A stretch of DNA of 53,464 nt, counting the filler, from Basidioascus undulatus (lineage: Eukaryota): assembly GCA_000826855.1 (NCBI GenBank). It is 3 parts of 3 records of this genome, joined end to end, with 100 filler letters (N's around TTAATTAATTAA, not from the genome) between each part and the next. Parts side by side here need not be neighbours in the genome. Positions count along the whole stretch, not along the records: positions 36,981 to 53,464 come from JTLS01000847.1; 2 more parts are not named here. One strand, written 5' to 3'. A program made the position numbers and the translations under genes. Shown here in pieces: positions 39,741 through 51,945 of the stretch (position 1 is the first letter of the stretch; each line of letters starts with the position of its first letter). Under the pieces are notes generated by a model. That model was not told where the DNA came from and did not search any database. It worked only from the letters and a program-made list of their open reading frames with translations.

Positions 39741-40558
39741 TACAGACTCACGGCTTCCTCTCCTTTAGGAAGGCCGCGGTGACAGTGCCGTACGGTTCTC
39801 CTTCTCCCCCACTGCTTTTCTTCTGCTCTCTTCCCTGCTCTCTAACCCCCCCCTGCATCAGAATGCGGGGGGGGTAAGAGAAGGCGAAGCCGGAGGGGAG
39901 CTACGCATCACTCTAACTAATAAGTAAGAGAAGATGCAGAAGAAGGGGGAGCGGAAAGCGTAGCGCATCCCCTACGGACTGCTCTTACTTATTAGGGTCT
40001 TACTTATTAGTCAGAGAGCGGAAATGCAGTCATTGGGAGGGGCGGATCGCTGCAGTATCGTGAGACAATTGAGTCAACTGGAGCCAACTGCGACCTTTGT
40101 CATGGCTTGGCAGCTAACCTGACTGCAGGCTGACTGCTCCGGCTGTCAGGGTCCGACTGCTCAGCCCTAGTATCGCTTCTTCTTCCCTGCCCCTTGGCCT
40201 GACTTTTTTTTCTTTTTTTTTATTTTTTTTTATAAAAAAATAAAAAAGAAAAGAAAAAAAAGAGAAATGCAGGGCTTCTTCTTCCGGCTCCTAAGAGCAG
40301 AGAAGAGAGAAGGCTCCTCCTTCTTCTTCCAGCTCCCCCTCCGGCTTCGCCTCTAACCCCCTGCATCTGCATCAGCATTTTGATGCGTTGCTCTCTTCCC
40401 TGCTCTGCGAAGCCGGAGGGAGCTGAAAGAAGGGGGAGCGGAAATGCGGTGGGGGGTAAGAGAAGAGCAGGGAAGAGAGAGCAGAGGGGCGGATGAAAGA
40501 TTCGAGGAAAGGAAACCCGAGGGACGCCGGGGAGGGAGGAAGAAAGGAGAAGACTGAC

Positions 40559-41381
40559 CAGTCCCCGCTCCTCCTCGCCCTCTCCTCCTGGCTCAGCCCC
40601 GCCAGCGCATCCAAACACCCCACGACCCATTCCCTCTCCTCCTCCTTCTCACACGCAATGATCCTTCCCCAAATCGCCGCAACGCCCATTAACGCATGCC
40701 AGCGCTCACGCTCGGCGAGCTGCCAAAGCGGGGCGCACGCGGGGTTGTGCCCCGCGCAGAGGAAGGCGTGGCCGTTTGCCAGAGCCCGTGTCAGGCAGAG
40801 GCGAGTGCAGTATTTTAGGGGGCAGCGCGGGCAGGATGTCAGGAGGGGAGGGGGCGGGGAGGGGAAGAGGCGCGTGCAGTGCGCGCAGTGCGTGGTGGAG
40901 CGTTGAGCGGCGAGGACATCCCTGGAGTAGGGTGGGGGGTGAGATACGAAGAAAGAAAGAGAGAAGGGAAGAGGGAAAAGAAGGGAGAGGGAGAGGAGGA
41001 GGAGGGGACGAACCAGCTCGGCGCGTAAATCCAGGGCTCCTCAGTCCACACGATCTCGCCCTGCTCGAGCGGCCTGGCCGCAACAAGCCCCTTGCCCTTC
41101 CCGCCCTCATACCACCGCACAGCGACCTTTCCCCGCCCGACCTTCTCCACGTCCAGCCCGGGGATGTCTTTCGACGACGGTGCTGCGGGCGCGGCGGCGA
41201 GGGAGGAGAGGAGCTTGCGGAAGCGCTTGTCGGAGACGGACCAGGTTGGGTGCGTCTGCCGCAGGAGGATGAGGAGCTTGGGGATGCCCAGGCTGGGGTG
41301 CGAGGTGCGCAAGGAGACGATGGACGGGAGGAGCTCCCCGTCTGGGGGGAATACTTGCGCGGCGGGGGAGGGGGCGGACAT
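40559..41381 (-). CDS. SET/MYND-type lysine methyltransferase (Set5-like), 5' two exons only
   Basis: GKGKGLVAARPLEQGEIVWTEEP (SET N-part), then Cys-rich CAHC...CPRC...YCTRLC...HAFLC. The next intron runs into mtDNA-type repeats. Confidence 0.8.
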
Positions 41382-41700
41382 GGTGATGGTGGGTAGGGGT
41401 AAGGGAGAGACGAAGGCCCGAAGGAGGAAGACCAGATTCGGGCCGGTCCATCCGCCTCTATCGGTCCTCACTGAACACCCTAAACCCCGCTATGGGCCCG
41501 CCTCCAACGTCAGGGACTCACTCCCCCCATGCCCTTGCGCCTTCTCATCTCACCAACCAACTGAAAATAACACACACTCACTCTCATAGCTCGCACAGCA
41601 CCCTCTCGATCACGCACCTCGCAAGCTGACGCTCTCGCTCGTCGTTTCGCTCTTCCTCGCCGTCGTCCTCGCTCTTGCGCGCAGACGCTCCTCCCCAGCC

Positions 41701-42481
41701 ATGTCTGTGCGTTCTCGGTATCGCATTCGGATACTCCCAATCAACAAGCAGTGCCTCACACACACACTCGACCGCACAATAGAAATCTCGTGCCGCCGCC
41801 CAAGCGCAGCGAGAACGGCAGATTGTCGAGCAGTCCGTCTCTGCCCCTTCTCCTCTCGCCTAGATCTGGGATTGATTGGGAGTGGGGGGTGGAACCAGAT
41901 TCCGACTGATCACCCAAGCCACGCCCGAGGTGGCCGCCAAAGTCCTGAAGCAGTACGGCTGGCGCTTCGACGAGGCTGTAGACCAGTTCTACGCGCACCC
42001 CGAGTGGCAGGTGGACAGCAAGGCGGTCGAGCGGGCGCTTGAGGGATTGTGGAAGAAGTACCAGGGTGCGTGTCTTCCTTCCTTTTCCCATGCCCCCGCT
42101 TCGTTTACCCACTGTCTCTCCCCCTCCCTTTGCTTCCTCGCTTGGCGTTGTCTCTTACTTCGCGGAGCCCAGACCCTGCCGACCCGTCGCACATGCTCGT
42201 CCCGGACGGCCTGATCTCCTACGGGTCCGACCTCTCCCTCGACCTCTCCTCATCCCTCGCGCTCGCCGTCGGCCATCGCTGCGGTGCGACGCACCAGGCT
42301 GCCACCTGGACGAAGACCGCGTGGGTCGCCGGGTGGAAGGAGCTCAGCGCCGACTCGCTCGAGAAGCAGCGCGCGGAGGTCGGCAAGATGCGTGCGGCCC
42401 TCAGGACGGATCCGGCCTACTTTGCCAGGGTCTATCAGTACACTTTCGACTTGGGGAAGGCGGAGGGGGCGAGGATCTTGG
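41701..42481 (+). CDS. DCN1-like cullin neddylation protein, 5' part
   Basis: UBA-like FRLITQATPEVAAKVLKQYGWRFDEAVDQFY, then PONY-like DGLISYGSDLSL...WVAGWKEL...FARVYQYTFDLGK. The C-terminal exons are missing. Confidence 0.82.
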
Positions 42482-42721
42482 GTGCGTGCCTTCCTTTCTC
42501 CCTTTCCATCCTTCCCCTTTCCCCCTTCCTCCGCTTCCTTCTTTCCCGTCTCCTCCTCCCCTTCCTCCGCTTTCTCCTTCCCCTCTCCTCCCCCCCTTCC
42601 TCCTTCTCCTTCCCCTTCCCTCTTCCTTCTCCTTCTAACCCTTCTCTTTTCTTCTTTGTCTTCCCGGCTAAGGACGGAGATGATACTGACTTCTGACTTC
42701 TGTGGCACTGGGGACACGCAG

Positions 42722-43223
42722 GCTGGGTCGTCTCCATGGGCTCGTGCGCCAACGGCGGCGGGTACTACCACTACTCATACTCGGTCGTCCGCGGCTGCGA
42801 CCGCATCGTCCCCGTCGACATCTATGTGCCTGGTTGCCCTCCCGTGAGCTCCGCTCCTTCTCCTTCCCTCCTTCCTGTCCTGCTTTCTGGGAAGGCAGGT
42901 GAGCGGTACACTGATGCGATTATGTGCGGGGTGGAACGGATAGACCGCCGAGGCCCTCCTCTACGGCATGCTCCAGCTCCAGCGTAAGATGCGCCGCAAC
43001 CGCAAGAGCGTCCTGTGGTAGTGCGTCTTTGCCGGCTCTGTTCCCGTTCCCCCTCTCCTACTCCCCCTCCCGCCCGGTGTCGTCCTCCCTGTCTCCTCCC
43101 TTCCGCTCGCCCTCTTCTCGCCCTCCTCTTCCCTCTTTGCCAATCTTTGCTCCTCCCCACCGAACGAGTTCGGACCGACATTTTCGCTGACCGACATTTT
43201 CGCTCCCGAACAGCCGCCGCTAA
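42722..43223 (+). CDS. NDUFS7: Complex I PSST subunit, last three exons only
   Basis: [58 protein letters not shown]...W|YRR-stop. Confidence 0.93.
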
Positions 43224-44955
43224 GCGAAGCTGGTACTGCACGATGTGTGGTTGGAGACGGAGGACGGAAGGACTTGCATACAGATGAGGCTGCGAGGTGG
43301 GAGGAGGTGGGCCTGGGGGCGGCGGAGGGAAGAAGAGGATTGATGGGGTAATGCGATGCGATGGCGAGTGTGGATTCTGTAATGACTTTCTTCTTGAGAG
43401 TGAGTGAAAGTGTGCGTGGGTGGGCGTGGGAAGGAGCGCACGAAGATCGGGGTGCATGTCGGGCGTTGGATAGTGGCCAGATAGGGGAATCCGCGATCCA
43501 GTAAGCCAGACTGCATCTTCTCGCTGCGTCAGATTTCCGTCTAGTCTACTTGAAGAAAGAATGGGCGGCTGGTGAGAGAATAAAGGTTCGCAGTGGAGGA
43601 CCCCCTCATGCCGTCCTGTCGCTCGCACGACACACCCTTGGACGTTGGATTGTCAATGTGGGAGACCAATGCTCCGGAAGAGTGTGCACTGTGTAGTAAA
43701 GAAGGTTCGTTTACGGAATTCCGAAGAGACGCTTGGACTGCCAGTAAAGTCATAGTCGAGCTCCGATCCCCCGGATTCCAGGCAGCCACCGTCGCTGGTC
43801 CCACTTGTAGATCAACACGGCCAGTGCCTTGGTGATAGACCCTGATCCATGAACTCTCCGAGGCTTACCTATCGACCTAAGCCGCGTAGCGCAGGGCAGC
43901 TACAGCCGTTCGTCTTCAATCTGAGATACCCGTATCTCTGCTCCTGTTTGTTACAAAAATCCATACGTAGTTTTTAAACGATTGGCTCAGCCGTTTGGGT
44001 CCTCAATGCTCCACTGGGGTGCATTGCTGCGTGCAGCGACTCGCTGAAACTCGCTGCCAGCGTATACGTAAGACGCCGTCTCGATCCCGGCCGTGCTGTC
44101 TCCCTGGGCAAATAACAAAGGCCTGGATAGGTCTGGAGCTGGGGAGCCTAAGTATGAAGCAAATTTTAGGCTGACAATACGCTTCAGAACAAGTGCCTCA
44201 ACTGAAACAAGGATCGTTATCGTTGTCGCAGTCGCATAGACTTCGCGAGAACGCTGCAAGGTAGTTGTCTCCGACCAGAACTTGGGAGGCACGATAAGGC
44301 TGACAAACACACCAAAAGGAGCCACAATGGCACAGTGCAGCGATGCGAGACATTGTATAAGTCGAGGAAAAACAGACGGTATCATGAAGAGGTGGCATGT
44401 GTGGAGCGATGCGCGGAGAAGAGAATGGAGAGGAACTGTTCAGGGAACACCAAGAAGACTTTTGCAAAATTCGACACCCTATCCTTGCGACGAGCCGTCT
44501 TCTCACGCAGCCTGCCCCGCCTAGCTTGGGACCTCCTCGAGCTCAACGTCCGCTCCCTCCTCCTCGTCGCGTCTCCGCCGGCACATCAGGGAGGAAACCG
44601 AGGTGGACCCTTTTCCCGTCAGCCCGAAGGAGCGGCCTCCGAGCCACCGAGAAGACGGGCTGTTCTGCGGTGCGGGCTGCGCCATTTGCACGGAGGACGA
44701 CGACGTGCCCTGAGGGGAAGACCTGACGGCGACGAGGGGAGCGAAGGGGCCAGTAGGGGCGGAGCTGCGCGCTGGAGGGGACGGGGGGCGCAACGGGTCG
44801 TACTCTGGGTGACGGGCTTCGCACAAAAGGACGCCAGGTTTCCGTCTGAGCAGGAAGGGAGCGACAACGGCTCACAAAGAATGGAAGCCCGCGCCTCAGC
44901 CAATGCATCGCGTGCGTTCTCAGCTTCAGGAGTCGTGCTTTCCCGGAGCAGAGCG

Positions 44956-47497
44956 TCAAGGCTCTGTAGGTCCTTCAGGTCTCCGACGTCCCCAAGAACA
45001 GCAGCGCAGCCGCCGTAGAGCGTACGGTCTCCTCGTCCACGTCCACATTCGCGAGTTCTCCCGAGCTGAGTCGGCGGTATCCGTACGACGCCATGCGAAC
45101 GTAGTGAGAGGAGCCGGCAGGATGATCGAAGCACACGTGCAAGAGGGGAGAATCGAGGAGGTGAAGGGCAAGCGTCTGCCACGCCCAAGTCGCGTTGTCG
45201 GTGAGGGTTGGGAGCATGCCAAGCATCTGCGAAGCATCTGCGAAGCGCATTCAGCAAGATGAGCATATCGTTTGGTGATCAAGGAAAAGGATCGAGGACT
45301 CACCAGAGTATTGAAACGGGGATCGTTTTTCATAGTGTAAGCTTCGAGCGGCAAGCCGTGCAAGGCGACGAGGCTGTTCTTCCCGTACACGGTGTGGAGA
45401 CACTGTAGAAGCTGGAAGCAGCGCTCCTGGCTCGCACGATCGCCTTTAATCTCTCGAGCCAATTCAAGCCAGAGAGAGCGAACAGAGAAGAGATCGTGCC
45501 GTCGCTAGGTTGGGCATCCTGGAGAGCGTCCAGGAAGCCTGGAGCGCGTTCAGGAAGCCTGGAGCGTCGCCCTCAAATAGCGAATGGGCTGCGATCAGGC
45601 CTATGTCGAAGATTTGCCACCCGAAGCGGAGCTCTGACGGCTGTGACGGCTCAAACCGCACCTCGGCGTAACCAGATTTCGGGTTCGTGTGTACAGCGAA
45701 ACAACTGAGAGTGTACTCCAGAGATTGCCCAGGTACCGGTTTTGGCTCATCATAGGATGCCCGGGATGCAAGAAAAGCCGCGAACTGCAAGAGGCGCCGA
45801 GAAAGCCCAGACTGGGAGCGAGCGCATTCCAATTCGAAGCGGGCCCTAAGCGCTTCAGAGACATTCCCGTAGGAATGTCCCCAATATCCCATACGTGGGA
45901 AGCGGACGTACTCCGACGCTACGCAGAGGTGTAACACGCAGTCGCTCCACCCTCCGAGAGAAGGCAGACTGACATCTGCAATAGTCGGGGTACGGACATG
46001 TAGTTATGATCCGCAGGCATATCCGAGCGGGAGATATTGGGAGGAATCTCCAATGAAGAACCGGATATTTCGTCAAGCTCCGCGGCAGAGCCGAGACGAG
46101 GGAGAAGCTTCATGAAGGTGCCCCCCAGGCGGTCAGCTTCGCGCGCACGAGCTCGGTTGTAGCGACGTTCTGCGAGGCCGTCAAAAATGCTAGAGTATCC
46201 GGCAAGATACACGTAAACCAGGAAGACCGTTGAGTATCGAATTGCGTTCTCGTAAAGACCGCAGAAGGGCGACGTGGCGAACATGATGCCATTGCACGAA
46301 GCGGCAGCCAGCAAAATCAGGGTGAGCGCAGCCAGAACGAGGCTCGAATAGAAGGCCAGGGTGAGGTGGTTGGGGTCGTTCAGTGACGGGATCAAACCGT
46401 GCAGCCAAAAGGAGAACCCAAAGGCGAACACGGCGATAGCGGCTTGGAGACGAAATATATTAGACCGAGCACTTTGGGGATGAAGCGCTTTGCCGACTAG
46501 AGCCTATCGTCCTGTTTGAGAGCTTTGGTGGTAGTTGTTCCTCCCCAAGGACGGGCCGGCGAGGCGAGCGAGCCACTGTCGACATGTCACAGCGAGAAAG
46601 CCGGCGCAGAGGGCGAGTACCAGCGAGAGGAAGAAAAAGAAGTTGACGCGAGCGGCAGTGGGCGAAGGACGGAAGTCGCTAGTGTTGAGCTCCGCGGGTG
46701 CGATGGTAGAGCCGTTGTTGCCGAGGTAGAGAAGGGTGTGGTTCCGCAGGAACTCGTTCGTGATTTCGCGCTCTTTGAGCATGACGAGGGTTTCCCCCGA
46801 GCGTAACACCAGCGACCTGGATCAGAAAGATTTAAAACCGCCATAGTTGTACCTGGTCCGGCTTGTACGTCTCGATGATGAACGCGGTGACGATGGCCGA
46901 GAACAGACCGATCTGCAAGCAGCTCCCCCAGCATGGTCAGAGCTCAGAGAGGGCGTCTCATCCGTTTGAGAATCATATGGGACTCACCAAGATAAGCGCA
47001 ACTCGAGTCCCTCTCGCCACTCCTGTACGCACTCCGCTATGTCGTCGCGGACGACACGGTAAAGCGGACCCCACGAGCTGGAGTCCTTGGCTGACTTCGC
47101 GGGCGTCGGACCGTCCTGGAGCGGTAGAAGGGCTGAAAGCGAGGGGACTTCCGTGAGCGACTTTAAAGAACCGTGCGCAACCGAACGAGACACACAGGCT
47201 TGGACGTGCTTCGAAAGGCGGTTCAGCTCGTCCTCTGTCCTCTGCGTGCGCTCGTTGCTGGCTTTGAGAAGCTCGGCAATGCCTGCAAGGGTGGTTCAGC
47301 TAGTCAATGCCTTGCAACAGAATCGGTGTTCCTCCCCGTCCCCCGTCCTCCGCAGAAAGTAAAGGTCTCGTACTCTTGAGAGTATCCAGCTCCTGCGACC
47401 GAGTACCCGCTGCCGATCCAGACGTGGACTGGGTGGATGCGGTCCGAACAGAAGCGGCGTCTTCGGATGTCAAGTCTGCCGGCGATACGTCGGGCAT
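44956..47497 (-). pseudogene. DUF6535-like basidiomycete membrane protein, frameshifted
   Basis: Contains W...VRDDIAECVQEWREGL, IGLFSAIVTAFIIETYKPD and RVNFFFFLSLVLAL...CRQWL. There is an apparent 1 nt deletion near 47003 and a stop at 46504 with frameshifts. The 3' limit is uncertain. Confidence 0.7.
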
Positions 47498-48835
47498 GGC
47501 GAGAGAAGAGGAAGTAAATAAGGGATTAGAGGCGAGGCTGGGGTGAGGAGTTTGTAGAGGCTTGCTGGGCGCGGTCGCGAAGTGGGGTGGTCAAAGGGAA
47601 AGCGGGACGTGAAGACTGGTGTGACCGCGTGCACCGCCTCACGGTCAGTAGTTTGCACGACATACACACCTCAAGAGAAGTTTCTGCAAAATTTGAACAC
47701 TTACATTGAATGCAAAATCAATATCAGATCACTGATCAAGGTCCTATTCAATTGGAGTTGAGCATATTTCAGCGGTCGGTAAACTGAAACGCTCCTCAGA
47801 GCTGCCGTTTAACAAGTTCAAGTTTGTTTTAGATAAAGACTTAGGCCACTGGTGATTATTTGCACCCACAGAAATGGTGCAGCCAGGGCCTGCCTTTGCG
47901 CTGGGCGCTGCCCCCAGCCCGCACATCGATTCGAGACGGATTGTGCATATCGCCAGTCTCTGGGACCAGGAACCGCCCACATAAGAAAATACTTCGTATA
48001 GCGCTCAGATAAATATGATTTATGGGCACTTAAGACGATTCGGGAGGTCGAGGGCCTCACTCGCACGTGCGTGTGTGTCTACCCAGCAATGGCTTTGCTT
48101 CCATGCGTTGAGACTCCAGGAACATATTCTCCTCCGAAAACTGAGACTAAAAGGTATTACTTACGGACAAGGAGTTAGACGTACGCGTCGATGGAGGATG
48201 GTCGGGAAGGAAGTGGCAAGTGCGGCCAGCGGTCGGCCGAATGAGGGGACAAAGATCTGGCTACGGCACTCTCTCCTCCCTGCACCGTTGCACCGTTCCA
48301 GATCCACCCCACTTCATGCTCTTAACCCCTTCCTGTTGCCGACTCAGGGGCCCAAAAAGGCGGCCGAGGGCGACCCAGGGACAGCCGGGCAGTTCCACGA
48401 AAACTGGCAAGCACGATATACGGGGGAGCTATAGTGGCATAGAAAAATTGGAGATATTCACCCGCTTAAAAAAACATGGCATGCGAAGAGTAGGTGTATT
48501 AGACGGCGAAAGTGGGAAACATTGTGCTGAAAGGTGTTGTGGCAGCACCTCGCAAACGCACCATCGGGGGGACTTGCATTGTGAGGCAGTGAAGGCAAGG
48601 GTTACGATCGAAAAACTTTATTAGCTGAGTTTTCAATGCCGAGGAAGGATTTCAAGAAAGCAGCCGAGGAGACCTGGGAAGAGCCTGGTGGTATTAACGA
48701 AAATTTGCGGGCAGGCAATAAGGAGCAGGCTCAGTAGGACGAGCGGTTGGGAACCACTGAAATTCATGAATACTCACCGAATGTAAGATGCGCAATTAAT
48801 AGGAAAGCATGCGGGCGGCGGTGAAAAACACTGTC

Positions 48836-50047
48836 ATCGAACCGAAGGACCTTGTGATCGACGAGACTGTCCGGCTCGGACAGGGCGGTTTCGGACAAGT
48901 TTTCCTGGGATCGTGGCACGGCTCGAGCGTCGCGGTGAAACGGCTCAACTAGGGACGCCTCGTCGGACGTGCGTACGTGGATTCTGAATCATTGTCGGAG
49001 ATGTACTTATAGTCCAGACCCTTTCATGCTCGTCAAGGAGATTAAGGCCTGGCAAGCGTTACGGCATCCCCAGGTTCTTCCATTCTAGGTGCGAGCGCAC
49101 CTGGCACAAGGTGTGTCTGTACTCCTCCCGAACCCACCGTGCTCCCTCTTGACCAACTGGGATCTTCATGGCAGTTCCTGCCTTCATCGTTTCGCGGTAT
49201 ATGAAGAACGTCTACGTCCTCTCTTACCTCAAGAAGAACCCTCAAGCGAACCGTCGGCAGATGGTTCGTTTCTTCTTTCGAACTTTCACGGAGCTCGCTC
49301 ACACTCTGGTCTGCATTCCCAGGTCCGCGAAGTCGCATTGGGCATGCAGTACCTCACCACAAAGGGGTGATCCACGGCGACCTCAAGGCGGTATGTGCTT
49401 CATCCTCATGCGTCCTTTGCAGTGGCTGAAACAACGTTGCGGCTGTAAGGTCAACGTCCTCTTCACGGATTCCGGGCAGGTGTATCTGGCCGACTTTGGT
49501 CTGGCGGAAGTCAAGTGCGAGGCCTCGACTGGCTCCCTTACAGCCGCGACGAAGGGCATCTCTGGCAGCCCGGCTTGGATGGCTCCGGGGCGCTGGCAAG
49601 GCGTGGGTCTGCTGTTTCTTCCGCTTCGCGCAGCATGGCATTGACATTTCCCTCCAGGTCTTCAACGCGCCTACTGTACGAACTTTTCAGTAGAGCTTCA
49701 TCTGTTAGATTCTCATTCTTCGGACCTTTGCAGGATGTTTATTCCTTCGCCATCACCGCGCTCGAGGTGAGTGACACACAGATGACGTACCGACCTCTGC
49801 GAGTATCCTGACCTTGTGGCTTTCTGCGTTCGTGCAGATCTTCACGGAAGAAGCGCCATTCGGCTATGTCGACACTAACATGATACACCATGGTCGTGAA
49901 GCACGGCCAGCGACCGAGTCGTCCGGGCGCAGACAAGGGCGTCGCCCGCGGGCTTTCGGACGACACCTGAGCGATCCTGGAGAGGTGCTGGACGGCGGAC
50001 CCGCTCAAGCGACCGACTTTCGCCCAGGTCGTTCAGCAATGGCCTGA
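48836..50047 (+). pseudogene. Protein kinase (TKL-like), disrupted
   Basis: Contains LGQGGFGQVF, VAVK, IHGDLKA, LADFGLA, GSPAWMAP and DVYSFA. There is an in-frame TAG at ~48950 and a frameshift before IHGDLK. Confidence 0.82.
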
Positions 50048-51945
50048 CGTTCGCTCTCCGAGCCCGCCCCATGCAGTGGTTTCCCGGCAGGACCCGCCTG
50101 CGAGTGCTCCGACTGGCGACCGTCCCGCTGCGCCTCCGACCGAGATGTTCTGTGCGTCCCCCTTCCTTTTTAACTGAAATAGGATTTGGCTTACCGATTG
50201 TTCCCCATTCTCGCCTTGCGCCCGTTGTTTGTTCAAGCTCGCCCGTTCTTCCCTCATAAAAAGGGACTTGCTGCCCAAATTATTCCTAGGTACTTGAGCG
50301 TCACACGGCGTCTTTCCATTCTTAAAGGTATGGATATTATCCTTGGTCCTGGAACGTAGTAGCAACGCTCTGTGCACGGGCAGCCTCACGCAGTCATGAG
50401 TCTTGCTGGATTCCCTCTTGCAACTTAGACAGCATTCGTCCCATTGTTTCGTTGAAGTTGTTCATTCGCTTGATAATCAGTAAATAACTTTCAGAGTGTC
50501 AGTCTCAGCATTTCTGCAGCCACGGGTGGGTCGCGCCTCGTGCGGGCGTTTGCGCATTCACGGCTGCTTGTCTGCCCTTTCGCCTGTTCGGCTCTTCAGC
50601 TGACTCAGACCGCCGTCTCTGTACGGCCTCAATAGCGGAAAAAACACCCATCCTTGAATTCATTGGCGCGCATAAGAAGCGGCGTTGCACACTTCTTCTT
50701 CTTGTCCCATCCCCCTCACCACGTCCTACTGACGTGTAGGGAGAGCCGCAATCACCATCGATTCACTATCCCCCTCCTCTCGTCGCCGCCGAGCTATACA
50801 CGGGATCCGTCCCACTTCGCAATGAGTCCCGGCCTTCTTCCCCACCTCCGTCTCAACCCCCCTCTCCCGGTCGGCTTCGGAGATCCACATTCGACTCTGC
50901 AGTGCGTTGGAATGTGTACCATGCTCGTTATGGAAACCGGCTAGAAAAGGTGAGTTGGGCCGCGCGATTGGTGGTTACGGATCTGTTGCTGGATGAAGAG
51001 ATGGCGCGGTTGGAGGGGGTCCACGGTGACTCGGGGGACGATACCGGGGGGGGGAGGTGAAGGATTTGCTCGACGGCGTGTTGTACTGTTGCCAAGGAGG
51101 AGAGCGACGCGTGGAGAAGTGGGTGCGCAAGGCCATAGAATGTTCTGACCTTGCGCATCCTCTTCTTCAACCGCTCAATCTCCTCCTTGGCCGTAGTTGG
51201 GGACGGCCTCGAGCGCATCCTTCAGCTCCCCCCCTGGTATCGTCCGCCAACTCTCCTCTCTCCCCCTGTAACCGGGTCCAATAGCAATGCATTGTGCCCC
51301 TCCAGTTGCGCCACCTTGATGAAGCGCCTGCTCTTAGCTTTCTGATTCCGGCTCGGAGTGCTTCTCTGACGACTGGACCCTCCTTCGCGAGCTCGGCGAT
51401 CTTTTCCCTGGACTTGGTGACCTGTTGCCAAGTCCAAGGAGAAGATCATCGATCTCGTGAACGTCGGGGTCGTGTGATTGAAGAAGCATGCCGAGTCCGT
51501 GGACCTCGAGGAGGCCACCGAGTCCAAGGAGAAGGCCGTTTTATTCACTCTTCGCGCGTTGCACTTGCTTTCTCCACACCTTGCGGCGTCTGCTTCTGAA
51601 GCACCCGAAAGTGTTGCCTGAAGCTCTCGCTGGGGCGGTGACTGCGTGTTTCCCGGATTCGCGCATCGATCGCTCTCGCGACCCGTCTTGGTGATCGCTA
51701 TCGCTCGTGCACGGTTGATTGAGAGAAGCAAGATGTTAGAGAAAGTCGAATATGTAAGGCGTGCAGATCCGCGATCAGCTGCGATCAGCTGCCATGCAGT
51801 GCGCCAACGACGGCGATGTGCAGTGTGCCACGAACGGAAGTCAGACGAAGCAGCGTACTGCGCGGATGGTGACTACAAGCAACAACGTCCAACAGAACTC
51901 AGTACAACAAAACGACCTCCCATCTCTCATCTCGCCTGTCGAACC

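Larger units (their letters stand above)
36981..40486. repeat. Second mtDNA-type segment, mostly modular palindromic repeats and A/T hairpins
   Basis: Same repeat vocabulary as 1-21855, plus organellar-type tRNAs. Confidence 0.9.
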
